Assembly (NCBI RefSeq): GCF_009914755.1
Contig: NC_060934.1
Source: the human T2T-CHM13v2.0 reference genome, Homo sapiens
DNA length: 64,000 nucleotides
Reading direction: 5' to 3' (one strand)
The notes below the pieces were generated by a model. That model made no database searches and had not been told where the DNA came from. It was given only the letters and a program-made list of their open reading frames with translations. Shown piece by piece: positions 12,680 through 25,378 of the stretch (position 1 is the first letter of the stretch; every line of letters begins with the position of its first letter). The position numbers and the translations under genes were made by a program.

Positions 12680-13702
12680 GGTGAATGTTCCATGTATGCC
12701 CCTTAGCTAGTGAAGTGGCTGGATGTTCTGTGTGTGCCCCTTAGCTAGTGAAGTGAGCGGATGTTCTGTACCTGTCCCTTAGCTAGTGAAGTGGCTGGAT
12801 ATTCTGTGTGTGCCCTTTAGCTAGTGAAGCAGGTGGAGTTCTGTTCGTGCCCCTTAGCTGGTGAAGTGGGTGGATGTTCTGTGTGTGCCCCTTAGCTAGT
12901 GAAGTGAGTGGATGTTCTGTATCTGCCCCTTAGCTAGTGAAGTGGCTGGATGTTCTGTGTGTGCCCCTTAGCTCATGAAGTGGCTGGATGTTCTGTGTAT
13001 GCCCCTTAGCTAGTGAAGCAGGTCGATATTTTGTTCATGCCCCTTAGCTAGTGAAGTGGGTGGATGTTCTGTGCATACCCCTTAGCTAGGGAAGTGGATG
13101 GATGTTCTGTGCACACCCCTTAGCTAGTGAAGTGGGTGGATGTTCTGTGTGTGCCCTTTAGCTAGTCAAGTGGGTGGATGTTTTGTGTGTGCCCTTTAGC
13201 TAGTGAAGCAGTTGGATATTCTGTTCATGCCCCTTAGCTAGTGAAGTGGCTGGATGTTCTGTGTGTGCCCTTTAGCTAGTGAAGCAGTTGGAGGTTCTGT
13301 TCATGCCCCTTAGCTAGTGAAGTGGCTGGATGTTCTGTGTGTGCCCTTTAGCTAGTGAAGCAGTTGGATGTTCTGTTCATGCCCCTTAGCTAGTGAAGTG
13401 GGTGGATGTTCTGTGTGTGCCCTTTAGCTAGTGAAACAGGTGGATGTTCTGTGTGTGCCCCTTAGCTAGTAAAGTGGGTGGATGTTCTGTGCATGCCCCT
13501 TAGCTAGTAAAGTGGGTGGATGTTCTGTGCATGCCCTTTAGCTAGTGAAGTGGCTGGATGTTCTGTGTGTACCCCTTAGCTAGCAAAATGGGTGGATGTT
13601 CTGTGTTTGCCCCTTAGCTAGTGAAGCGGGTGGATGTTCTGTGCATGACCCTTAGCTAGTGAAGCAGGTGGATGTTCTGTGCATGCCCCTTAGCTAGTGA
13701 AG
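12680..13702. repeat. Minisatellite/VNTR, 38-bp unit, ~27 copies
   Basis: Consensus gccccttagctagtgaagtgggtggatgttctgtgtgt; 26 complete units 12698-13684 (one of 37 bp) plus partial units at both ends; units abut with no spacers. Confidence 0.98.
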
Positions 13703-13719
13703 GACACCATTTCTGGAGT

Positions 13720-13940
13720 ATCTAGAGTGGGCCAGATACCACGCATTCCCTCACGGATCTCTGGAATCCTCCCTGCAAGGGAGGATCATGAGAAGGTTTC
13801 TATTATTCTCTCTACTTTGCATGGGAGAAAATGGGCTTAGCAAGAACTTCCATAGCTGCTCTGGGCTACACAGCTTGTCAGTGGGTGAGCTGTAGACCCC
13901 ATGTTTGTTAGGACTCCAGAGTCAGAACATCATTTTCTCT
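13720..13940 (-). mobile_element. MIR SINE (diverged)
   Basis: tattattctctctactttgcatgggagaaaatgggcttag...cacagcttgtcagtgggtgagctg...gactccagagtc, antisense MIR pattern. Confidence 0.6.
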
Positions 13941-15065
13941 CCCAGGACCAGACCTGTGGCCACACAATAAACGTGGCCCACTAATGTGGGAAACGTATTG
14001 ATTTTTATTTTGAAAATATTTTCAATCTAGTGCTCTTTCTTAAGCAAGGAAGAATTCACTCTTCTGAAGTACGTTGTGACTACACAATGCAGTCTCCCAG
14101 ACTATTGTTTAACTGCCCCATGATCTTTGAATGACTTTATTATTGTATTACTTACTGTCATTCCTACATTCTGAAATTGATTTTGGAACAGTTAAATCTT
14201 CATTTGAGTGGAATAATATTATGTTTCAATGTTGCCAAGACCTCTCCTTCCTGCACAGGCAAGGAGGAAATCCTCTAAGCTTTTGGACGTTCCTGATCAT
14301 TTTCACTGTCCACAGCAGGGAAGGTGGCCCACCCTGCTGTACCCCTCCTCCTGGGGTGTGCGTCCCTGCACTAGAGCAAAGCTGCTGCAACTGCCTTTGC
14401 ATGTTTGGATTTTTTCTAAGAGCTGAGTGACTGCATCCAAACTGCCTGTAGTTTTGGGTGGAATGATTTTATAGGGTTCATATGGGCGTTTCTGGGAGGG
14501 GGAGGAGGAGGAAGATTAACCAGGCTGGTGGAGAAATTGCTCTCCAGGCCTGTGATTCTTATGTGGGTCTCTCAGGTGCGTTAGCCTGAGCTTAGATCCT
14601 TCCGGGCCTGACTGTTTCCCAATCTCTCTTTAATTGGATGGAGCTGTGTCTCAGTGGCTGTGCATGGCTGGGTGATAACCCTCTGTGGGACTTGGCTTTC
14701 TAGCACCTGGTAGGAAAGTATTGGATGCCTTTGGGTGCATGAGATCTGGGGGTGGGATTGAGACCCAGACCCACTGGCTGGGTCTCAGGAAGCAAGGAGT
14801 AGCAGAGGTTAAGACAATTATCCAGATAATCCTAATTCCCTCCGCGGTACAGAGGCCAGATGTGTCTTGGTTGCAGAATTAACCAGGTCTTTGTGGGCAT
14901 CTCCATCTACCCCCATTGACAGAGATGCGACTGGCGGGTCCTGGTGGTCATTTTGGATCAAGCCTGGCAGCCTGTTGGTTGGTGAGCATTGCAGGCAGGG
15001 ACAAACCTATTGCAGGGGCTTTTGTAGGGATTTGTAGGGATTTCTCCTATGTTTTGTTTTCTATG

Positions 15066-15105
15066 AAACAAACAGTTGATTAAGAAAACAAACAGTTGAT
15101 TAAGA
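15066..15105. repeat. Perfect 20-bp tandem duplication (aaacaaacagttgattaaga x2)
   Basis: Read directly: 15066-15085 = 15086-15105. Confidence 0.95.
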
Positions 15106-15310
15106 AGACAATGCATTCCCTCACCCCTTCATCCTTTGTCTCATTAACTTGGATCTATTTATGTCATGTTAACCAAACTCTGAGCTGGCTTAAAGTGGGA
15201 TTGTATCACCCAGCCAAGTCGTAAGTGCAAGAGGGGGTCTTCCAGAGGGCCATTGCATTGAGAAAGAAACACTCACTCATGTCAAGATTTATTTGTTAGA
15301 AAACCCCTCT

Positions 15311-15628
15311 GGCCAGGTGCAGTGGCTCACTCCTATAATCTCAGCACTTTGGCCAGCTGGGGCTGGAAGATCACTTGAGGTCTGGAGCTCGAGACCAGCC
15401 TGGGCAACACAGTGAGACCTCATCTCTACAAAAAATACAAAAATTAGCCAGGCATGATGGTGCACACCTATGGTCCCAGCTACATGGGAGGCTGAGATAG
15501 GAAGATTGCTGGAGTCCAGGAGGTAGAGGCTGCAATGAGCCATGATTCCGCCACTGCATTATCCAGCCTGGGCCACAGGGCAAGACCTTGTCTCAAAAAC
15601 AATCACAACAATAACAAACAACAACAAA
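15311..15628 (+). mobile_element. AluJ, full length, (CAA)-degenerate tail
   Basis: ggccaggtgcagtggctcac...; J-type features cctgggcaacacagtgagacc, gaagattgctggagtccaggaggtagaggctgca, gacc(t)tgtctc. Confidence 0.95.
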
Positions 15629-18459
15629 TGCTTCTGATACTGTACCATGGCAAACTACCTGGTTTTAGTTAGAAATCTATCTCTGAGATGAGTCGCTGCA
15701 CCCAGGCCTCACTTGCTCTTGGTCTGGGGCGGGCTGTGCAGTTCTGGGATCTGCTCTGGTGATGAGCCTAAGGTGAACCTCAGAGTCAAAATCATGCCTT
15801 ATGTCTGTCAGACACTTTGAACTGTTTCAAAGCCTCTCCAGGCCTATTATTTCATTTGATCTTCATAACATCCCCCAGACAGGGAGCCCCAGATAGGTTA
15901 ATTGGCCTGCCTGGGGTCGCAGGTGGGAGCTGGGACTAGAACTGGAGTCTCTCTGGTCTTCCTCTACCCTCACGTCTGGAAGGACTGTGTCATGCCATGT
16001 GCTTTGGGGACTCACTGAGACACTTTCTGGTCTTTCTGGCCCCACTGCCACTGCAGCTGGTGTCAGGGAGAGACAGAAAGAAGGTGTGATGGGAATCAGC
16101 CCCCACAGCTCTGAGGGAGCTCCAAGGTGAGGGCCCATGGTGGACCCATCAATTCCAGAGGGCCACCTCCAGCTCCCAGCCTTGGCAGGCTTCTGCAGAG
16201 CAAATTGCAAGGGCTCCTCGGGCTCGTTCTAGAACCCAGACTGTGCTGTGAAGTCCGTTTCCAGCTGGACTGCCCAGGACCCCTCTCCTCCTCTGTCCCT
16301 CTTCTTCTTCTCCTACTGCTGGTGGCTCCCTTCCTTTCCTGAGCATAAACTGCTTTTCCTCCTGGAAATGTTGCAATTTTCCCTTCCTTGTGTTTTTGCT
16401 TGAGTGCAGGAGGGTTTGTGTTCAAGGTCTGGGGCTATTGAGGCTGGTGGGAAGTGAGCAAGTTTGAGAAAAGCCGGTGAGGGCAGGAGCCAGCAGCACT
16501 GGACCTGGCTGCAGGCAGCATTCCAGTGGGAAAAGTTAGAAAGCGTGAGTGCAAAAATAAAATATGAATATGCGAAATGTTAAAAAAGGGAGAAATTCCC
16601 AGGGCCACATTTGCCTAGTATCACACTAATACAGTGAGACAAGTAGGCTGATGGTTCCAAGCCTTCAGAAATGAGCTCTCAACGTTCAGTAGAGCCGAGA
16701 TCCAGAGAATGATCCCGGCTGTGGGAAGATGGGCTACAGACTGCACCTTCAAGCTCTCCTTCCTGCTGAAATAGGAGCGTGCACGCAGCCACTTCAAAAT
16801 TCAGACTGTGCATGCAGCAAGGCTGGAAAGGGAAAACGGCTCAAGGACCCGCCACTTGGGGGCAGCAGTTTTGAATATTTCGAATTGCAAGCCACTCTGT
16901 GGCTGAGACACCAGCATGCAAAACTTGCATACTAACAATGACAAACAATGTCTCAAATTGTAAACAGCTTAGGGAAGAAATCTTATTTTAATATTAGTCC
17001 AAAATTTCCATTTATATTCATATTCAAATTTATCTCCAGAAAATAATCCATATAGTTAAGACTCGAACGAAAGTAATTGATACAGAATAGGAATCACAGT
17101 CAGGGTGAAATAACCCTCAGAAAATCACAGTATGTGGCCGATTTTCTGAGTGGATAAAGCTGGGCTTACAGTTTATGCTGGGAGTATTTGAGCTAAATTA
17201 AGTCATGAAAGAAGATAATACAATGTACCATCATTTTAAAGTAATTTAATCATGAAAACTAAAAATTTGGAAGAAAACAGATATTTTACTTAATAGAAAC
17301 CATCTGTACTGTACAGTAGGCAAATTGTATAAAAATGAATAAAACTGTCTCTGGAGGAGAGTGGCTCAGACACCGGCTTATATAATGAAGATGTATATGT
17401 GCCTTTTAGCATTTGCATTGTCTATTAGATGAGGTAAATCGCAGGGAGTATAAGGGAAACAGTTACAAATTTTATTACCATCATATGACTGATGACAAAG
17501 TGGCAATAGAAATAATGCATAAGAGATGGGGTCTGTTCCCAAGTCCAGTGGCTCTCCACCTTGGACCAGTCTTAATGGCCGAATCTCTATTGAGCGAGGG
17601 TCACTAGGATGTTTTTGTCTAGTTACTATGGCTTTAGTGGCTCCTACCCACAAGGACCATCTTTTAACTTGTTTAGGCTCCGAGTGTGCCATTTGATTTG
17701 ATTTGGCCCCACCAGGGAGGCACCTAATTTAAACACTTCTGGAGTGGCTTTTGCACTGGACTTTTGGCTGGAAAGATGCAGGCAGATGATCTGTAAAATG
17801 TCCCCTTTTTCCTGTTGACCTGCATCAAAATGCATTTTTCTGACAGAATACTTTTGTCCCTGGTAAGAGGGGCTGGCTCGTCCCTCTCTGTGTCTGAAGG
17901 TCGAGTGCCACATTTTTCAAAACAGACACTTGTTCCTAATCTACAAATTAACTAAATAATCACAACTGCTAATTATACAGTATCAGGCCTGGAATACATA
18001 GGGCTTGAGTAATAATCAACTTTTTAAATTAAGTTGGTGACAACCACTATTAGCTGCTGTGATTTAATAATCCCAATAAATGTGCACATTTTAAAAAGGG
18101 GCTCTTTGTAATTTTTTTCCCCAGCATTTGCAACTGAATCTGTTAATGAAAAGAGAACACAACAGTTTTATGTTACAAACGATGCCATAATAGGTAAATA
18201 AAAGGGCTCCTCTAGACGCTATTAATGATGGATGTGCCGCGAATATGAATTGGAGATGCGAGGCAGAGCGAAATTTGAAATCAAGTTTCTATTTCTGTTT
18301 GTTATGATGAATTAAGGCCAGAAAGAGAATCTGATTCCTTTTGTATATTAAGCATTTTTGGGCAATAAGAAACAGATCCCATTAACAAATATGTAAAATA
18401 AAAATACCTCCCTTAAGATTTAGACGTTGGCAAATTTAGAACAAAAGAGATGCAATTTT

Positions 18460-18835
18460 CCACCTCGTATGCTCGCGCTGTTTTACCTAATATTATTATA
18501 ATGCATTGGCTCCAGCAGCGGACCTGCGCGGCCGGGGAAAAGGGGCGCGCGCCTTGGCGACTGGGGGCGCATCGTGGGGACTCGGCCTCTTTTTCCCATC
18601 TTCTGGAGGAACCGCCGACCATAGCAGAGGGGAGCGCGTGGGAAGTCGCCCCGCGGGGCAGCCGCACATCTCAGAGACCTGCGGGGGGCGCGGGGTAGAG
18701 GGGAGAGATTGATCCGGGTTGGGGGGGCGGGGGGCCCACGAACGGTGGGGCGCGGGGTCGCTGGCATCTAGGACCGGGGGTCCTGGGAGGCTCCGCCAGG
18801 GGGCTGGTGAGGACCCTCACTCTGTGGGGGCCGGC
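18460..18835. promoter_or_regulatory. Small orphan CpG island
   Basis: Dense undepleted CpG (cgcggccggggaaaaggggcgcgcgcc, ccccgcggggcagccgc, gggggcgcgggg) against a CpG-poor background; not repeat-derived; no coding exon evident. Confidence 0.8.
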
Positions 18836-19284
18836 CCTCCTTCTACCTCTTTCACCCTTTTCTCTCTGCCGCTGATTGCACCACTTTTCTTTTCTTTTTT
18901 TTTTTTTTTAGTGGTCAATTGAAATTTTATGGCTAAGTTATTTAAAAGAGACTATAGAAGAACGAAATGAGGGAAGGATGATGGAAACACCGCCTTTCTT
19001 TTACAATAATTACTCTTGATAGCAATTTGAACTAATTTGCATTAAAAAAACACCCATTTAACCAATCTGCTGCAAACGGGGACTTACTGTATACTGTTTT
19101 GTTAGACCTCAGGACTCCATTGTAGCATTTAAATTATGGAAGGACTACAGGACCCCATGAATACCCACGTCTGCTTCAGCCCAGGTTGGGCTTGTTTTCA
19201 ATACCTGAGCAATGATATGATATGGAATTTCATGACAAAATGGGCTCATTTCTCATAATTGTACCTTTTATGTGTACTTTATAA

Positions 19285-19440
19285 GACAGGAGATGAGGGC
19301 AGAGACTGGAGCCAGGATTCCTGGCTATTCTCTTCTCAGCATGACCTTAGACAAAAATCCCTTCATATCCCTGGGTTCTCATGGAAGCAAGAAAGTTAGG
19401 AATCAAATACAAGGCCTTTGCCCTCCAAGACCTTAGAAAT
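19285..19440 (+). mobile_element. MIR/MIR3 fragment
   Basis: gactggagccaggattcctggct...catgaccttagacaaa...tttgccctccaagacc. Confidence 0.45.
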
Positions 19441-19834
19441 AGATGTGCATATGCGAGTGGATATTATTATTATTTAGGCTTTTGATAAACAATGATAAAC
19501 TTCGTGGGGGTACGGCCTTTCCATCTATTGCCTGTAACTGATCAATATGCCCTTATTCCACCCCCAAAACTTTGGGGTGAGCTGGGGTGTGGATGGTTTT
19601 GTGTGTCAGTAAAGTGACCACAGCCAGCCGGATGGAGACAGCTGCCCTCTCCCTCTCTCTCTCTGCAGTATTTGGTTTCCCTGTACCATAACTGATGTTT
19701 TCCTTACATTTTTATTTCAAAAGAGAGATGAAGATCCTCATCTGGTTACAAAACCATTTGGACCCTCAGTCCTTCTCCTTTGGTTTCTTCTTTTCTGCTT
19801 TTTTTTTTTTTTTTCCTACTTGAAAACATTGTAA

Positions 19835-20209
<375 letters not shown>

Positions 20210-20469
20210 CTAGCAGCGAGGTCTGGAGGCTTGGTGTGCTGGAGGGTGAAAGCAGCGTCAGGAGGTCACCGGGGTGGAATCTGATGACCCCCCAAGTTTC
20301 TCATTTTACCGATAGGGAAACTGAGGCTCTGAGGGGACCCGTTCACCCAAACAAGCCAGGTGGAGACTTGGGGTACTTTTCAGTGTTTTCCTTTATCTGT
20401 GTCAGTCCCCAGAGGGACCACATTTTCTGTACCCACAGAACATTCTGAATGAAAGCCAAGTGCAGACGA

Positions 20470-20612
20470 TGTTTTCATTTCCCTCGTTTTGTTCTTTCCC
20501 CTTCTCTTCCCTTTCTTTCTTTTCCTCCCTCTTTCCTTTCTTTCCTCCCTCCCTTCCTCCTCCTTCCTTTCCTCTCTCCTTCCTTCTCTTCCTTCTTTCT
20601 CTCATTCACTCA
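20470..20612. repeat. CT-rich polypyrimidine low-complexity tract
   Basis: ttctttccccttctcttccctttctttcttttcctccc... about 140 nt almost purine-free. Confidence 0.9.
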
Positions 20613-21849
20613 CTGCCTCTTGTTTTCTTTACCACAGTGCAGACCTTCTGGAGTCCAAGGTGGGGGGTTGGGGGTGGGGTCGGTGGTGGGGAGCAAGGAA
20701 CAGGCCACCCCTGCTGCAGACCCGCCGGGTGGACACAAAGCAAAGCCACCCAGGAGGGGGTGGTGGGGACAGTCTTGCATGCCCCACCTCAAGCCGGAGA
20801 ACATTCTGGCTGCAGGGGACCCTGCAGAGGCCACGAAGCCTCACTGAGTGAGAGAAAGAAAGAAGGAAAGAAAGGAGGGAAGGCAGCTCCCTCTGCTCAG
20901 CCGCTGGGAAACTGGTGTCCCGCGGTTGCTCCTGTCATGCACAAGATGGCGCTCTTAAGCTTTAAAAAGAGTTGGGGGCTCAGTGCAGTGAATGCGCCGC
21001 TCCACCCCGAGGGTTCCTCCTGGAGAGGCTGCAGAGCAGGCGGGAAGAGGCAGGAAAGTGAGGGCCTTCTTTCCTGGTGCCCTCAGCGTGATGGAGGGAG
21101 TCCAGCCTTGCTCTCCCCCTGGGCAATCAGGACTCCCAGAGACCCCGCTGCCCTTCTGAGCTGCTGCTTTCCAACTTAGGAATTGCCCGTGGGGTCCTCA
21201 CGGAGTCCCCCGTGCAGCTGGACTCTCGAGCTTTGTTTCCTGAACAGGGAAGAAGGAAGCAGGTGGGGCACAGAGCGGCTCTGACCTGCCAGACACCACC
21301 GGACCGCTCAGGCAAAGGGGCTGCGTCCTGCTGTGCGGCCCCGGTCTGAGGGAGGGTCCTGCATTTGCTTACCTGATGCTGGTTCAGAGCTGTGCTAGCG
21401 AAGGGGAGGGCATAGAGAGGCCTCTGGGAGTCTGGAAAGATCCCTGGTCCTCTCCAGTGGGCTAGGACACTGAGCACATCTGCGCCCTTTCCTTGGAGGC
21501 CTTACCAGGACCAAATGCAGGCAGGAGAGAGTGGCCTCTTGCATGTGGTCACCCCAGACATGATTAGCCACCTGTCTGCCTGTGAACCTCTGAGGGAGGG
21601 GACCCGCCAGGGCCAGAGCCAGGTGCGCTGGAAAGCAGTGGGGTCAGGTCAGCCCCTTGTGACAAATCATCCATCTTGTGACTCAAGATTCAAAGTGAAG
21701 GGATTTCTGATGACCTGGAGGACCTGGGGGGATTAGGAACCCAGGAACCCAGGCCATGGAGGCAAGGGGGATGGGTCAGAGTGCCCGGTGTCCACTGCTC
21801 AGCAGGACCTCAGTTCAGCTTCTGTTAAAGAAGGTGGAGGACCAACTCA

Positions 21850-22045
21850 TGTTTCAAATCGTGGGTCCCACAATGAAAGTGAACAGGTAAGAAAATGTGA
21901 GAATTCATAGCATGTAGTAAGAATAAGAGCTGTGTCTTGAAACTTTATTTCGGCATATTACACACATATACACACACATGACTGTGTACATATTTGTACA
22001 TACATGTATATATCAGGCCACAAAGGTGGGCAGTTTGAAGAGCTC
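21850..22045. mobile_element. hAT-Charlie-type MER fragment
   Basis: gcatgtagtaagaataag...gaaactttatttc...CA/TA-rich stretch...agtttgaagagc resembles Charlie/MER consensus; subfamily not assigned. Confidence 0.4.
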
Positions 22046-22067
22046 CCCGCCGCCCAGTGCTCTCTAA

Positions 22068-22260
22068 GACAGTAGCGGACACTGGACCCAGCTGTGGCTG
22101 TAGAGCTCCATGGATCTGGGTTCTAATATGGGCCCACTACCTGCTTGCTGCTTGACCTTGCATATGTTGCTTAACCTCTCTGAGCTTACCAGTCAATAGG
22201 ATGATAAATGCCCTCCAAGATGCAGCTGGGCAGGTGCATGGTGCTTTGCACAGGGCAAGC
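22068..22260 (+). mobile_element. MIR SINE
   Basis: gatctgggttctaat...cctgcttgctgcttgaccttgcatatgttgcttaacctctctgagctt. Confidence 0.7.
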
Positions 22261-22492
22261 GCTGGCAATGCACCTTCCTCCCCTTTCCATCTCTGATATT
22301 TACTGGAATGTTACCAGCCTGGCCTCAGAAATCATTCTGCCCTCGAGTTCCTCTGGTATCCAGGGCCTCCTCCCAAGGCACAATAGGGACCCACATCTTT
22401 TAGAGACCCATGTGGAGTGAATTAGTGGAAACTGAGGCCCACTGTAAGCCAACTTGTGTGGCTCTTGCTATGTAAGCAAGTGCTGTGGCTAA

Positions 22493-23017
<525 letters not shown>

Positions 23018-24064
23018 TTAACTGCACCCCTACTCTGAAAGGTGAAATTGACTCCTTCTGTCATCACTCATTGATCGTCTCTTGCAAGGGTCTGTATTAC
23101 TGGTTTGGATAGGGGTGTAGATGTTGTCTTCTTTTTCATAACCTGGTGTCTCCAAATGAGGCCTGAAGAAGGCATAGCCGTGGAAAGGAGGTGGCACTGC
23201 CTTCCTGGTAACCTGCCTCTCAGGCTCAAACACAATCTGGATGCTGAGTCTTGAGGTTTGACCTCCTGCATCCCTGAACTCTGGTCAGCCTCCTGAGGTT
23301 CCAAGCCCATGTTCCCAGTCTGTGTTACCACGATGAAGAGGTAAAGAGAGCCCAGCTCTGGTCTTGCTGCCTGGAACATCTTGGGCACATCTGTGCCCTG
23401 AGTCTCAGTTTTCTCATCTGAAAAGCAACAGTTGAATTTACAAAAGCTTCGTTTTGATGATTAGGATTCTGGCTTAGACTCCATTAGCCCCTTTTCCAAT
23501 CCAATAGAAAATTTTTAACCTTCAAGAATGTCATGCAATTATCTCTCCAGAGTTTCTCTATTAGTTTTATAATCAACTTCACTTGACCAACTAGAAATGA
23601 TATTCAGCCCAAATACACTGTTGTCAAACTGCATAATTTTACCTTCTGGTTTGACTACTTTGTTCTATGTTATTACAGATAACATTCAACTAGCTTTGCC
23701 TTAATTGTGTTTGCAGAGCATTACTGCTCCAAGGTATTAGAAGGTGTCTGCGGTCAAGTGGGAGTTTTCCATAACGCAGTATATTTTGGGAAGCACAAGT
23801 CAAATGCATTTGAATTGATTTCATGAGTGCAGACCTTCTCAGAGCCTTATTTCTACAAAGTGTACAGGGTGGGAAGTTCAGAGGCCTGGACTCTTCCAGC
23901 TGTGCCTCTGCCCTGCTAAAGGGTTATATGTCCACAGTCACTGCTACCACAAGAGGTCGAAGTACATCATTGCTGAGGTCCTTTTCAAACTTTGCTGTTT
24001 CATGATTTTTGGTTCTGATTTCCACTTCTTCCTAACCAATAATCGAGAGGAATTTCTTGGCCTT

Positions 24065-24555
24065 TTACAATGTGTAGGATACTGATCTATGTGCTATGGG
24101 AATACAAAGTGTATCGGACATGGCCCCTGCCCTCAGGGAGGTTACACTGTCCTCCAGAATGCAGGACATACTAAGGGTTACATAGTGATTCTAGTCCATG
24201 GAATCTCCCACATGATGGGTTAGGAGTCCAAGGGAGAAGGACGGTATCTGGGGTGGTCAGGGGTGGTTAATGGATGAAGTTGGGTCTTAAGTGTATATTG
24301 TAAGAAGGATTTGTAGGGATTTTTGAGGTGTGAGTTCGGGGCAGAGAAGGGAAAAGCATTTTGGAACAGGCAACAGCATTTGCAAATGCCTAAGGTCAGC
24401 GAATAGGGGATTAGAGATCTGTGAGTGGTTATGTCCGGTGGGTCTGCAAGGGTGTCTGGGTGGTCTGGAAGGAAGGAAGCTGAGGGCTGTATAGGTCCAT
24501 TGTGAAGGATCTTATATGTCAGGGTGGGGAATTTGTATCTGAAACTGTTGATAAC
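24065..24555 (-). mobile_element. L2 LINE fragment
   Basis: gtgctatgggaatacaaag...gacatggcccctgccctcagggag...aaagcattttggaacaggcaacagcatttgcaaatgcctaagg. Confidence 0.7.
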
Positions 24556-24807
24556 ATAAGTTTAATCCCAGAGGAGTTACATTAATTTCTCTCCTCTTTT
24601 CCTCAGCTTTACTAAAAAAAAGTCACTTGGAATTATGCGGTTGGGAGTTACATGTGTATCTGGGGGACTCACTTCTTTGAGAGAATCACCTATAAACCTC
24701 TCAATGGCATATAAGCAACACAGAGTCTTTCACCTCTCCTCACTGCCCCTGGCAAGCCCCATCTGCCCAGAGGAGCACTTGTTCACAGAGCAGAGCTACC
24801 TCAGAAT

Positions 24808-25378
24808 CTCCAGCAACTCCTCACAAAGTTAAACATAGGATGACCATATGACCTAGCAATTCCACTGCTAGGTATATGCCCTCAAATAATTAAAAATAAA
24901 ACAGATATTTGTACACAAATGTCCACAGGAGAACTATTCACAATAGCCAAAAGGTGGAAACAACCCAAATGTTTATCAACAGATAAATGGATAACAAAAA
25001 ACAGTATATTCATACAATGGAATATTATTCGGCTGTAAAAAGGAATAAAGCACTCGTACGTGCTGCAATATGGATGAACCTCTGAAACATTGTGCTAAGT
25101 GAAAGAAGTCAGACACAAAAGGCTGCAAATTGTATGACTCCATTTATATGAAACATCCAAAATAGGCAAATCCATAGAGACCGAGAGCGGATGAATAGTT
25201 GTCAAGGGTTGTAGGGACGGGAAAGGGTCAGCTTCCTGCGCCCAGCGTTTTACTCAGGGGTGATGACAATGTTTGGAGTGACAGTTGCACAACATTGAGA
25301 ATGTAAGCAGTGCCACTGAGCCGCACACTTTAACATGGTTAATATTATGTTACATGGATTCCACGTCCATGAGAAAAT
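24808..25378 (+). mobile_element. L1MB-type LINE 3' end
   Basis: accatatgacctagcaattccactgctaggtata, aggtggaaacaacccaaatgt, gctaagtgaaagaagtcagacacaaaagg, gttgcacaacattgagaatg. Confidence 0.9.

Noticed and set aside
12680-13702. 38-bp repeat array as a CRISPR array
   Set aside because: Units abut directly with no unique spacers, variation is point substitution, there are no cas genes, and the context is primate DNA
20460-21179. 239-aa ORF
   Set aside because: The N-terminal part is translated CT-rich low-complexity DNA (F/S/P/L); no domain or exon structure
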